Shown here: positions 13,020 to 25,795 of the stretch, piece after piece | Numbering within the stretch: the stretch's first letter is position 1 | How the letters are laid out: each line of letters opens with the position of its first letter | NCBI RefSeq assembly: GCF_052425735.1 | Contig: NC_135759.1 | Location: forward strand, 41,044,001-41,108,000 | Source of the DNA: Oculina patagonica | Taxonomy: Eukaryota | Reading direction: 5' to 3' | Length of the DNA stretch: 64,000 bases | Notes under the pieces: model-generated | Seen by the model: the letters and a program-made list of their open reading frames with translations, nothing else | The model's database searches: none | Told to the model about the DNA's origin: nothing | Program-made: the position numbers and the translations under genes

Positions 13020-15053
13020 CTATCTGACTTTGGGAGAAGAGATCACTGAAATAACGTCAACGGTTGCCCACGTGATCACAGACTCCTTATCATTTGAAAT
13101 GATGCACGAGTACTGCCCGGCGTCATTCATGGCCGCCTTCCTTATATGGAGTACTGAAGAGGTCTGGTAACAAATGATACAACAAATAGTCAGTTCAGGG
13201 CTCAGTAAAGCTACATTTTTACATAAAGGGTAAAGATAAATAATTGACTCGTAAAATTCGTACAAAGTATCGTGATAACAAACCGTTTATTACATGTCTT
13301 TTCAGCCAATCAGAAGCCAAATCGTGACTTTCAAGCGCTTGCTTTTCCCGCGGTCGTTTTTCCCGCGCCTTTTTTCCTTGCGCTCGCTTGCTTTTCCCGC
13401 CTTTTCACGACGCGGCTACATTTTTCTTCGAGTTTTGATTGGTTCTTTACTTTGACTATAGTCGTACGAAGTGATTGGTTTTGTGACTATTGTCAAGTTA
13501 GTAAGTAACCGCTTTATATAATCATTACATAATACAAGGGCCCATTTACATGAAAAGAGGATGATCCTAGCACTTGGTTCATCCTCCTTTCATGTAACAT
13601 GGAATGAACCTAGTGCTAGGATCATCCTAGACTCATCCTATTACTAAGACAATCCCAGCGCTATATGTTTTCAGCCCGGTGGGGGGGGGGACGCGCATAT
13701 GAAAGTGACGGGGATGCTCGTTGTCTCGCTTAGGGTTGTAAATTTCGGATTTTTGGTCTCGCTTAGGGTGTTCCAGGCAAAACGCCAATATTTTTAGCCA
13801 TAATGGTCTCGTTTAGGGTTACAAACGAAGAAATATACACATATAAATTTTTATTCTTAGTTTTCTAGTATCTTTAAGGGCTCAAGAAAAGCTTGAGCCA
13901 CACCCAGGTTGGTCTCTTTTAGGGGTCCTTTTCAAAATTTCCGACGAGCATCCCCGTCCGTTTCATGGTTTTCAGCTTTCAGTTTACATGTGAAGGGTTG
14001 CATTTAGCCTTAACGCTAGGATGATCCTAGCGCTAGGATCATTCCATTTTTCATGAAAGGAGGATGACCCATGTAAATGGACCCTAGGACTATGATTGAA
14101 AGGAAACAATCGCTCACCTCTCCATCCAGGCATCTGGACCTTCTGTACCAGCGATATTTGAGGTTCTTGCCAGTAACATGACAGAAAAGCTTGCAATCTC
14201 TTCCTAATTGAACTGTGCAGGATTCAGGATGTTTCTCTATGACAGGGACTAACGACATACACGACAGATTAAGAAAAGAGCAGATGGCTATAGAAACGAC
14301 GATAATCTAAAAAAACGTTCTTTGCTATAACAGGCCCGTAGGGTGGATTCTGTTGAGGGGGGTATTTTTATTTTTTTGGAACGTATTTTAGCGCCGGAGG
14401 CGCTAACACGAGCTCCGAAGGTGCGAGCCTCTAGGGTGGTGTGGAAAAGGGGGGGGGTCTAGGATTTTTTTTCCCCAGGAAAAAAAATGAAATGCTCTGA
14501 AATTAGTGTGTGTTGTGATTTAGACATCTTGAAAATTTGGTTTCTGAGAAATGCGCATGCTTGCTTATATCAAGCCAACTAACGCTAGTTCTGATTGCCG
14601 CAGGCGCCACGACAAGGATGGAAAGCAAGACAAACATCAATTAACCAATCCAAAAGATTAGAACTTCACATTATAGTGCCAAAATGTTGCGGCTTCCTCC
14701 GATAACCCTGGCAAGGAAGGTAGGCGTCCGTGTAATCGACCTGTCACAGTCTTTTGGTTGTTTTGTGTATTTTTTTATTTCTTCAACCCCCCAAAAATGC
14801 CGACTTCAACAATTTTAGGGGGTTCGTTCGAACCCTCCCCCCCCCCCCACCCTATACGGGCCTGTGTAATCGTCGCAAATGATGCGTGGTATTTCTCTTT
14901 AAATGCGTAAGAATTATAATAAGCGAAAATCTACTGACAGTTGATTTTGACAAATTCTGCTAATGGCTTTTCACATATATTCTTTAAAAATCAACCCTTG
15001 CAACGAACCTTACTGGACTTCCTTAGTGTCAGATAGTACTCGTGGAAAAACAT
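13020..15053 (-). CDS. Small predicted secreted protein with one I-set-like Ig domain (3 exons, about 125 aa; may be part of a longer gene)
   Basis: Exons 15053-15009 (MFFHEYYLTLRKSSK), 14306-14118 (IIVVSIAICSFLNLSCMSLVPVIEKHPESC...KLFCHVTG..YRWY), 13163-13020 (TSSVLHI...DAGQYSC...). All phase-0 GT-AG junctions; Ig C-W-DxGxYxC pattern. Exon 1 and the stop are less certain. Confidence 0.6.
13537..14085. mobile_element. Palindromic MITE carrying a nested second element (13676-13967)
   Basis: Outer TIR agggcccatttacatg / catgtaaatggaccct. Inner element has gacggggatgctcgt / acgagcatccccgtc inverted repeats and is flanked by the 9-bp duplication gttttcagc (13667-13675, 13968-13976). Confidence 0.65.
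14331..14864. mobile_element. hAT-like MITE (CAGGCCCGTA...TACGGGCCTG)
   Basis: 10-bp perfect TIR; flanks tataa/tgtaa resemble a decayed 5-bp TSD. Confidence 0.6.
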
Positions 15054-15451
15054 CAGAGTGCACTCAGCTGACTTGGCGAACATAGGAACTGATATTGTAA
15101 GCCCCAGGCTTCCAAACGATTTTCGAGTTTTGGACAATGTTTAGTCTTGGGCTAATATAACTCGAGGGAGAAACCTCTGGTAGTTTTTTGTTAACAGAGG
15201 TCTGACTTATGTGAGCAAGATTCCAGCGGTTTCATTTAGGGAAAAGTTGAACGCTTATTCAGACAACAGAAAGCTAGAAGAGAGTCGAGTCTCATGATTT
15301 TCAAGTTCTATTATTCTTATTCTTCGCCATATGATCTATTTTCTTCATTTGACCGGTAACATGTTAGAAATGTACGTGTGGTCTAAAGAACTGTTCAGAC
15401 AAGTCCTACGTGGTCTTACCTATGACTCGCAAGCCTGGTACTGCTGCTTAT

Positions 15452-15693
15452 GACCCCGCCCACACTATACTGGCCCGGGTGAATTTAAAAACGGAGAAAT
15501 TTGAAAACGCCGTGTAAAATGTTTTCCGTCGACATTAACCCGGGTAAATTTGAAAACGACACCCACTTTGGAGAGCGTTTTTGAACAGCTCCGTTTTCGG
15601 TGACCAAAAACGCCGTTTCAGTGTGGACGGTTGGCCTATCCGTGTAAAAAAAGATGCGTTTTCAAATTTACCCGGGTCAGTGTGGACAGGACC
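15452..15693. mobile_element. PIF/Harbinger-like MITE, same family as 4790-5110
   Basis: Reverse-complement similarity to 4790-5090; ends in gtgtggacaggacc-TTA. Confidence 0.55.
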
Positions 15694-16855
15694 TTAGAGT
15701 TGCTTTAATTCATGCATCGGTCAACAAACTCTGACTCATTTTCACGCATTGTTCGTCAGAACAAATATCAGGAATTTGTCGCACTTAGCAGTCGAGTTTG
15801 GTCAAACTGGCGTGACACTTTAAGGACTGGACCCTTGTACTGAAATCGAACAATTTTTTTACTGGTCCATCAGTCGGTCGAAACTCTTTAGATACAGACC
15901 AAAACTGATATCTATTCGTAATTTTAAATGGGTACTTGGGTTTTTTGTATTGTTAATACAATATTGAACTATTCGAATGGCACCAAATTAAAACCAAATT
16001 GCTTTCTCGTAGACAATTGTTAAGTGATGTTTTTTCTTCCTATCAACAGGTGCGTTTGATGAAATGACAGGTAGAGCAGTGTTAATTGGCGGGTGTGATC
16101 CGGGATCAGCTTCATTGATACACACATGGCTTCTAAGACGTTTTGAAAAACCTTTAATAAAATTACGAGGAAAGAGCTTGTGAAATTATTTTTGGTAAAA
16201 TTTTCAAATATGAAAAGGCTGCTAGCAATAGTATAAATAGTAAGCTTAAATTTAGCTCGTCAGATGAATGCCACAGTCTTTCGATCATAGAACGCCGGCG
16301 ATATACCTTAGTGAAAAACTGAATTATAGCAGTAATTAACCACATTCGATCACATTCGTTAAATACAAAAACAGCAATGCGATGAAACTTCAAAAAATAT
16401 TTAGAAAGTGAAATAAGGTTGCTTGTTATTACTTCGCTTAACTATAATCGGATTTTAGCGTCTTGTTCAAGTTTTAGATAGCTCTGTGTTAGAATGAGCT
16501 ACTTCTAAAGTGTCATCATAACGTAATATTGAAATACCATGGTATATTCTTAGTTACTATAAATCGTTTACTGCTTTACGCAAAGTGTTTCAATTTATAT
16601 GGGGATAGGATATGTACCTCGACCTACCTTCGCTCAATATGGAGGGCATCCTGAACTTTGCTTAAATATGAAAAGCTTTCTTTTACTGTTCTGTCAAGAT
16701 AGAACTGCCGTGCCCGCCACCCGATCGCACTGTCGCGCTTGGTTCATAGAGAGCCCAACATGCTCTTGGAGAATACAAAGCTGCTGGTATATAGCATGTG
16801 CATTTGTTATGTGACGGGTTGTTTATTGGCGGAAAAGGAACGATAACAACAATTA

Positions 16856-17096
16856 GGCTATGTTTACACGGGACCGGTTCTAAACGGATCCGGTCCGATT
16901 TTCGGACCGGATAGGCCTTCTGTTTACACGGTCCGTTCTGGAACCGGTCCGGAACGGATCCAAAACTGACTGGACCTGCTATTTTGCAAGTCCAGTTATG
17001 GATTCGTTCCGGACCGGTTTCAGTTCCAAACGGTTCCATGTAAACCGAAGCCGATCCGGTCCAGGGGGTCCGGTCCGGTCCCGTGTAAACGTAGCC
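16856..17096. mobile_element. PIF/Harbinger-like MITE with TTA TSD
   Basis: TTA-ggctatgtttacacgggaccgg ... ccggtcccgtgtaaacgtagcc-TTA. Confidence 0.75.
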
Positions 17097-18074
17097 TTAA
17101 ACATGCACAAAATCATATCATGCATAATTGCTTAAAAAAAGAGTGACGCGTGATTTTTAGTCGGCTTTTCCCTTGATTCTCCTGATTAAACTGGATAGAA
17201 AAGATTTTCCCAGTTGGTGGTTTGAAAGAAACGGCTGACTGTAGCTTCCTTTTGAAGCTTTAAACGTGCACACCAACAATGAAAGGACAGGGATAACCGA
17301 TTTTGCATTCGACCAAGTTTTTATTCAACTTTTTTAATGACGTCATTGCTATATCAAAATAACCTCCTCGCGAGATAGAGTGATCTCGATACTATCTATT
17401 CGTTAAAGAAAAACTCTCCAGTAATGCAAACGGCTTTATATGCAGTATATATCTAGGCCTATCTAGATCCATCATGTGCACTATCCTCGGGTTCCTCTCA
17501 ATTATAGGAAATTAACGCTTCATGAAATTTACGCGAATTTCAAAAATTCGCGTTAATTTTTGTTTATAGCGTTAATTTCCGCGCCGTTAATTAAGTGGAG
17601 CGTTAATTCCCGCGACCTTTTAAAATTTCCATTATTTTGGCCCCAATTTTTCGATAGGGTGAGGCGGGACGTACAAATAAAACAACAGTAAACACGAGGC
17701 GTATCGATCGACGCGATCAAAGTTCACAGTGAAACGTGTCCGTAACTCGAGACGATAATCAAGTGACATCACTTACTTTACATTAACCCAATTTAACTAG
17801 TTAAATATTACATAAAGCTTATTTCTTCAGGGTGGACGCTCGAAGCGGTTAGATTCTTTCGCTTAACCCATACGTATACGTTTGGGTTTAGTATCACGAA
17901 CATTGTTTCCGTCTCGGATTATACACCTAGTGTTGAAATGATAAACTTGTTCCTATTTTTTCCGCAGAGAGGAACCTGGGCACGAGGTTTGGTTGTACCA
18001 GGTTCCAGGTCTTCCCGAGCAAAGAATAGAACGCCTTGAAGAAACGTGTCTCGGTCAAAGTTCAGCTGATCAAG

Positions 18075-21000
18075 ATGGCGGCAGAGTTAGCGGAATTTGC
18101 GAATGTTTTGGAAACGTACAGAGGAAGAGAGAAGATAATGAGACTCATTCAATATGCCAGTTTTTTGGCAAGTGGAGGGTTGCAGAAGTTCTCGTTCGAG
18201 TCCAGTGGGGAAAAGTTTCGAATTTTGGCGGAGGCGCTAAGCGAGTGTCGCACGGTTCTTCGCTTGTTCGATGATGCGGCCATGTTTTCGTACGCACGCA
18301 ATTATGGAACTGGAAAAGAGGTAGGCAATAACAGTTAAACAGGATAAAAACTCCGGCAGTGATAACTAGAAACCAAGGGGAATTCGCAAACTCCTTATAC
18401 CATGACGATATAGGACCCCGAGTTGACAGAAAGACACCTGTAGAACCTGTGGGGACTGCTAAATGTGTATTACAAACTCCCACTTATGTCCAGGATTGAA
18501 CGCAAGTATTGTTTAATAAGTACTTCATGTTCGACTGTGTTATTTGACATTTCCATATTGCTTCATATTTGACAGAATTTGGTGTGTTTTGGTTAACTTT
18601 TCTTAATGAGGACATTTTGTGATGCATGTCATGAGGAACGTGCATCTCATTAGCGTTCAATCCTGGACATACTGTATCTGGTCAATCGAACAAAATTGAA
18701 CGTTCGATTACCGAACTGTTGACAATCGAACAAAATCTAACATTCTATAACCGAACAGTCGACAATCGTACTCAATTGAACGTTGGATAACCAAACTTCT
18801 GTTTGTTTACATTGCGGACATTTGGACGGTGCACCATCCCCCTCATTAGTCTTGCATGATTTACTTATCAAGAGACGGATTCCAAACAAAGTAGAGTCAG
18901 ATTGAAAAATAGATGTTCCATTTTGTTCGATTTTACCAAACCCAATCGAACAATTGGTATTCGATTGGGTTTGATTGATTCCTTAGTTCGATTTTGTTCG
19001 ATTGGATACGCCAGGTATAGTACAAGCTGTGGCCACAATTACCGTAAAGTTCCATGTATATGCCGCACCCATAGATAAGCCGCACCCCCCGATTTGGAAG
19101 CTCAAAGTTTGGAAAAAAAACATACAGACAACAAAGTTTGAAGTTCAAGTGAAGTTCTATATTGGTAAACAAACAAGGGCAAACAAGCACGGTTTCAAAA
19201 CACTGACACGGCGGTTGTTACAATGTATGATATAAGTAAAGTCTTACGAAAGCGAAATTTCACTTGTTATACCTCCTTGTTAGTTTTAGTTCACAATATC
19301 ATGAACTTGGATGCTCTCTTGATATCATTTTTTCGAGATTATCACTTCTAAACACTCCTAAAACACATGTAATTCGTACAAATCGTACGCGAATGGTTAA
19401 TGCTTAGTAGCCAAGCTTTGAAATGTAGAGAGGAGTCTGGGCATTGAAAACAAACATGGCGGCAGCATGGCGGCACTTTCTTCGAAAGAAACCATGTTTT
19501 CAAGATTCTTGGAAACTGCTACCCGCAACAGGATAAAAACTTCATGCAGAATAAGAGTTTGATAATCCAGCAGATGTATTTGCTGTGAAGGTCAATAAAA
19601 AAGCGAAGCGGTCGGCCATTTGCCTTGTGAGTACTTGCGTTTATCTTGGTGCTTTCTCGCACGCGGCGGAAAGACATGCTTCAAAGTGACCGGCGGGCTT
19701 CACTGAAAACAGCTTTGCAAAGGAACTAAAAGGCAGTGAACAACAACAAAGTTTTCAGGTTGTTATATGTTTATTCAGTGACGTCTTGAGAAGTTTTTTT
19801 ATGAATATTAATTAGGCCTTTGAGAACTCCAACCAGAGATGTTTCCGTAGATAAGCCGCACCCCCGATTTTTGACTTAAATTTAGAGGAAAAAGGTGCGG
19901 CTTATACATGGATCTTTACGTTAATAGATTCTTAACAGACCTATTATAAAGAACATTGTACCACAGTACCATAAATGTCATTCACTACATTCTATGCAAG
20001 ATTATTCACAAACATGTATCTTTGAGTTTAGATCAAGGATAATTTGAGTGCAAACCTGACTAGTTCTTAATCTCCTCTCACTTTACCAGAAGCAAAAATC
20101 CCCACATTTCCCCTGGAGGGTAATCCCTTATAAGGGCTAAATGGGAATGTGTGGCCCAAGAGGGTATGGTTTTCACCCATTTTGTCTTGAACGGGGTATC
20201 TTTACATGGACCAATTGCAATGTCAAACAGGATAGGCTTTTATGCCTTCAGAGCTGTAAATGTATACAAACTTTAGTAGCCACACGCCAAATTCTCTCAA
20301 ATTCTTTCATATTGCTGACTTACGTTGATTTTGGCATTGATATATGCTTAGCTTAAGTTACAATATTACAATATGGCCTATACGGGGAGGCTCCGCCAGA
20401 AAGGGGTACCTTTTTCAGGCTTCAGGTGTATAAAAGGGTAGGGATTTCACAAGTTTACGTATACGAAATGGTATGGAAACCTGTCATTTAGACTTTTAAA
20501 AGGGCCCTTAATTAAAATATTTCGAACAGTTGCAATTTATGGCTGTATGTTTTTGATTTATTAAGCGCTATATAAATATGGCAAGAAAACATTGTGTTCT
20601 AAGTCTACCGTGAATGATCTAATAAACGCCCACTCTCAAATAAACGCCTCTTATTTAATAAACGCCTCCTCTGACGTGTGAAGTTTGTATTAGATGCCCC
20701 TCTCTAATAAATGCCTCGCGTCTAATAGACCCCTCCTAAGAATCACCTCGAAAACCAAGGAACCAAGTAAAATCACGCAATTTATTTAGTTTTTTCTTGA
20801 TTCGGACATCAAAGAGGCCAACAATGCTAACATGGTGGACTCCTATGACGATGAAGACATCGATATCCAGCTATTAACGAAGTTTCTAGGCTTTGCATTA
20901 GCGCAAAGTAGATAAGTCTCCCATTCGCACTCTGTTTTCAATTATCTTATTGTACGAGCAAACTACACATCTTTTTTTTTGTTTTGTTGACGTTGTTACA

Positions 21001-22834
21001 GTAAAACTGTTATAAACGCCTCTCTCTAATAAACGCCTCATATGTATTTAACGCCCCCCTCAGGACCCCTAAAATTTAATAGACGCCCCGGGCGTTTATT
21101 AGTTCAATTACGGTATCCCAGGTCTTTCAGGTATATGAAAGAGGTACCTTATTTCAGTAAAAGATATACGAAAGGGGTTCAATTTCTGTCAAAATGGTAT
21201 ATAAAAGGGTAAGGGGTTAGAGCTCGGGGCGGAACCTCCCCATATAAAACTATGAAACTTTTTTGGATACCCCCCCCCCCCCCTCCTACATGGACCAGTA
21301 AGCACATTGGGTGCACTGAGAAACCCTTATAAGTCAAGTAAAGATAATATCCCTTTGACAAAACCAAATTAATGGACAAACAAACTGCAGTCAGACTGTC
21401 AATGGATTAGTCGTACATAACATCCTCAGTGTGTTTCTTGATGAAATGTCACAAGGTTAACCGCAAAACAATGGCTTTTAGCCATTGACAGATTGTTTTG
21501 CTGTGAACCTTGTGAACCCCTCTTAGCCATTAACAGAGTACAGTGAATGTTGTGTATTTCATGTTACTGTACTTTGTTTGAAGGGTGCAGTTATTTGTTG
21601 TCTTTACAGGAAAGAGATCAAGTTGTCCGTTGGACAAATCTTGTTGACATCTTCTGTGGTTTGACATTTTATCCTCTTGAGCACATTGCCTGGGCAAGGG
21701 ACAAGAAATTACTTCATGGCAAATCTGACAAGCTGTGGGACTTGGGTCTTTATTGCTGGATAGGGTCACTCATAGCATGCATAATAAGAGACTTGTGGCT
21801 TCTTAGAAAGCTTCGCCAACGAGGAAAGAGCAAGCAGATATCCAGGTCAGTTTCACTGTTTGAAGGTGTTTAAATAAGGGTTAGTTACATGTTGCAAAGT
21901 TGGCAGCAATGTTGTTCTTATTGGTGTGACTACAATGTAGTCTGAAACATTGATTTTTTTTTTTAAATGAAAGACAAAGATTATTAACAGATTTCGGGAA
22001 GCAGAAGAGAAAGGAAAAAGAAGAAGAAACTTGGAGGATATAGAAGAAGACAAAGAAAAAACTTGTTGTTGTTGTTGAAAAAAGAAAGAAAGAACTCGCT
22101 GTTGAAAAAAGTGTCGTCTTACTCGATCAGGCCTTTAACAGGGGTGACCATTCTGATAAACTTTGTTTATTAGTAGTACTATGTTATGAAAGCTGCCCCA
22201 GAAGGTCTGGATGTTTTCCCACTTTTTTTTAAATTTAGGTACAGTACTTTGTGCCATTTTCTTTTGTAAATCTAATCAGTTTATCTGAGTCTGAAAATTG
22301 ATTCATAATAATTATAATGAACCTATAATGAACTGCTATTAATTTGTTTTTTGTTAAGAACAAAGTCAGCTGATAACAGCATTCCACAAAGCAGCAGAGA
22401 ATGTTTTCCCACTGATTTTTTTTTTTTAATTTAGGTACTTTGTGCCATTTTCTTTTGCAAATCTAATCAGTTTATCTGTGTCTGAAAATTGATTCATAAT
22501 AATAATGAGCCTATAATGAACTGCTATTATTTTTTTTTTTAGAACACAGTCAGCTGATAACAGCATTCCACAAAGCAGCAGAGAATCTGACAGTTCTTCA
22601 CTGGAAAGGCAAAATCAAATAAGATATCTGCAGAAGCGGCTTATTATCTCTGTCGTTGGATTTACTGCTGATTTAGGGATGGCAATCAACTGGGCACCTT
22701 CTGGAATTCTATGGTCAGGAAAGCTTCCAATTGGATCTGTTGGACTTCTTGGGACAGTATCATCTCTGTGTGAGCTATACAAATACTTCCAACCTGCCTC
22801 TGCATTGCCTGATGAAGCTCTTGGTAGCATTTGA
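18075..22834 (+). CDS. PEX11G: Peroxisomal membrane protein 11C / PEX11 gamma (3 exons)
   Basis: Exons 18075-18320, 21610-21845, 22543-22834 join in frame. Motifs LETYRGREKIMRLIQY, LSECRTVLRLFDD, YPLEHIAW, ADLGMAINWAPSGILWSGKLP..VGLLGTVSS match PEX11G. Confidence 0.92.
19042..19920. mobile_element. Tc1/pogo-like MITE (TA-ccgtaaagttccatgtata...tatacatggatctttacg)
   Basis: About 30-bp imperfect TIR with subterminal taagccgcaccc repeats. Confidence 0.65.
20608..21113. mobile_element. Tc1/pogo-like MITE (taccgt...acggta) nested in another repeat
   Basis: TIR, repeated aataaacgcc subterminal units, TA flanks. Confidence 0.65.
22211..22586 (+). repeat. About 190-bp tandem duplication spanning the PEX11G intron 2 / exon 3 boundary
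   Basis: Copies start at 22211 and 22401 (atgttttcccact); both end in ...cacaaagcagcagagaat. Confidence 0.9.
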
Positions 22835-23007
22835 TGTTACATTTACAATGGACCTTTCATCAAGCTGAACACTTAACAATTTTGTCTTTAGCTAGCTTAT
22901 CAAAATTATATTGGCAGAATAACTCTAACAAGAGCTGTTTTTGCTGTACTATCTGCTAATGACGTTTACAAGTTGGAAAAATCTTAAAGGGGGGTGACAC
23001 TTAACTT

Positions 23008-23391
23008 CAAAATGGTTGTTATGGATGGCTTCTTGTTTGTTTTTCGTTTTTTATTAATTTTCATTTCGATGTGATTTTGGTTGACCAGACACACCTACTC
23101 GCACAGCTTACTTTTTCTGAAGGTGAGTGTGAAGTGATAGGTGGATTTGTTGAATTTTGTTGCATATGATGTCTAAGTTTTGATGTCTTTAAAAATATGT
23201 TTTTCCAATCATGTACGATTTGCTTTATGCACCTCCCGTGATACGGAATTAGCGGTGTGAGTTTTAGGGTTTTGTGTGGTGACACAATGGTTGAACCGTG
23301 AAGGCAACCTCAAAAGAACAAACGGCAAAAAAGCCAGGGACAAGGGAGCACAAGATATGACGGTTAGAAGCCATCCATAACAACCATTTTG
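23008..23391. mobile_element. MITE just 3' of the PEX11G stop codon
   Basis: TIR caaaatggttgttatggatggcttct / agaagccatccataacaaccattttg. Confidence 0.7.
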
Positions 23392-23991
23392 TAGTTTAGT
23401 GACCCAGAAGAGTTACATGTATAGAGGAAATCAAATTGCCAAATGTGCACTAATGTAATTCTGACCAGGCACCTGTTTTGTAAGCAGAACGATCAGTCAA
23501 TTCTCCCCTAGTTTGTAAATATACCAGACCCTATAAGAGAGCTGGAAAAACAAACTCTACTAAAAATACTATTCCTTAGATCTTTACTGCATACAATTTC
23601 ATAAAATAATAGTAATTATAATAAATTTCTATTATTGTATTTTTATGTAGTTTACTCACTTTAGAAAAAAAATACATGTTGGATAAAGTTAATAGACACA
23701 ATATATATACTTAGAATACATTGTAATCTTCATAGAAAGGTTTATTGCACTGGAGAGAGGGGGAGGGTTGTTTTTTACATACGTATTTCAGTAAAAAAAC
23801 CTTTATAGGTGTATTGCCTTACATATGCATATTTTTATATTTTTTGTTTTATTTATATTCATGTGTATACATGTACAAATGTATCTGGTAGCCAAGCTGA
23901 TAAAATAAGGTAATTAAAATAATAATAATATACAAAGTAAAATTCTGGACCAGATTTTTTTATACATGTAGCTTAAAATGATAAGGACTTT

Positions 23992-24285
23992 GGGAGGCGC
24001 GGTGGCCTAATGGTTAGTGCGCCGGACTCCGAATTGAGCAGTCCACATTCGAGACCTGGCCAGGGTCATGCCCACTGTGTTGTGTTCTTGGGCAAGACAC
24101 TTAACTCACATAGAGCTTCTCTCCACCCAGGTGTATAAATGGATACCGGCGACATAATGCTGGGGGGTACCCTGCGATGGACTAGCATCCCATTCAGGGG
24201 GGAGTTGAAATATTCCTAGCCGCTCAATGCTACCGAAACTGGGATAAGCTCTGGCAGTATGGGTCGCATGGCTTGAGGCTTCCCT
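23992..24285 (+). mobile_element. tRNA-derived SINE
   Basis: Head gggaggcgcggtggcctaatggttag (A-box-like), body tgtgttcttgggcaagacact...ccaggtgtataaatgg...gatggactagcatccc; copies at 38929 and 47841. Confidence 0.85.
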
Positions 24286-24982
24286 TATTATTTTAAAATG
24301 ATAAGGATGCTCAAGTCTGTTCTATTTTTTTGGATTTTGGAGCCTGGTAGGTCACCAGTGCTGCTGTGTTACTCCAGTCCCTTTAGCATAAAGTGGCTAG
24401 GAGTGTTGCTTCTGTCCCCAGCTGGAATGCTAGTCCACTGGTTAACTCCCCCACTTTTTCCTTTATTCACCTACTTTTTCCACCACAGAGAGCCTGGAAC
24501 TAGCAAAGAAATTACTTCTATGGATCAGGGCTGGGTTGTTGCATGATTAAGCTAATCTTGGATAAGCGCGAATTTTGAATTCAGTTTTATGACATTTTCA
24601 GTGAGATTTTCTGTTTATATGTTCTGTTCTCCAGTTTTGGTACCGACAAATCTGAAACTCTAGAAAACATAGGTAATAAAAACACTTTTACAAAAGAGAA
24701 ATTAAACCCTCAATCAACTTTTTATCCTGGGTTTGTGTTAATTGGCTTTCAGTCAATTTGGCCCTGAATGACAAAACCACACCTTCATTACAAACAAATA
24801 TGTCTCATGCATGGGCATTATTATTGAAGGTCATGAACAAAATAAATTTACTTTGAAAACTGTCCATCCTAAGTTTTTCAAAAAAAAAACATATCGCAAT
24901 TGCTTTTTCGCATCTGAGAATGGGAGTGCTAAGTTTCAGGAAGGCTCAGATTTTTCACGGTACGTGCCGGGAGGTCAACTCT

Positions 24983-25158
24983 TACCCTGTACCACGTATT
25001 TTAAAGTAAAATTTTATAGATCCTATTTTCAGTTGTTTTAACCCTAAAAATGAATCTATTTACGTTATGTGGACAATTTTGTCGTCGCGTTATAGTATTT
25101 GCAGAATATGGGGACAACACCTCCCCCACACCCCTTGCCCACCCTCACTTACAGTCTA
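24983..25158 (+). repeat. Dispersed repeat, direct copy at about 40150-40332
   Basis: Shared ctgtaccac.tattttaaagtaaaa...cacacccctt gcccaccctc.cttacagtcta. Confidence 0.7.
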
Positions 25159-25282
25159 TTTCAATAAATTTTGCCCTCCTGCCGTTTTACCAGTCTTGGT
25201 CAGTCTTGTAATCAGTCTGGTTTAACCTTGTGTTTATTAAGGTATTTGAAATTAACGCGACTTAAATTAACGCGAACTGAAG

Positions 25283-25795
25283 GAAATTTTCACTGGTTAT
25301 CATATCCATGTAAAACTAGGGAGCGAGTTTTAGTAAGATGAACGAACAATTATCGAGAAAACGTTAATTTGTTGGATGTATGATCAGAGGCGAAATTGGA
25401 GATTAAATAAATACAAAGCTAAACAAATGTTTTGTGCCGACGGGAGATTACTGTTTCCTCCTCATACAGTCCAATTGTGTTTCTATGAAAAAAAAAAAAA
25501 AATGAGTTAGGTCCACAAAATTCCTGTCAATTTACCTCATACAATGCGCCATATTCTGCGACAAATAGCTTCAGTTTGTGCTCAAATTAAAACAATACAG
25601 CTGAGCAAAAACAGTTTTTGGAAAATTACTTAAAAGACATCGTCAATGAATGAAGTCTCTTACCAAGGAAATTACCCACTTCACATGGAAATCTCTTTCC
25701 AAACATGCCTAGCGAAAACAATTGTTAGGGAAATATGCAAACATTGATATGCAAGAGCTTTGTTGTATGTGCGGCCGTACAAGCCGGTTACTTAA
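25283..25795 (+). repeat. Inverted copy of the GPCR upstream region (29173-29640); continues at 26709-26722 after a TE insertion
   Basis: Long reverse-complement match, e.g. cgtcaatgaatgaagtctcttaccaagg vs ccttggtaagagacttcattcattgacg. Confidence 0.9.

Noticed and set aside
16683-17039. 118-aa ORF
   Set aside because: Largely a translation of a palindromic MITE with no protein motif.
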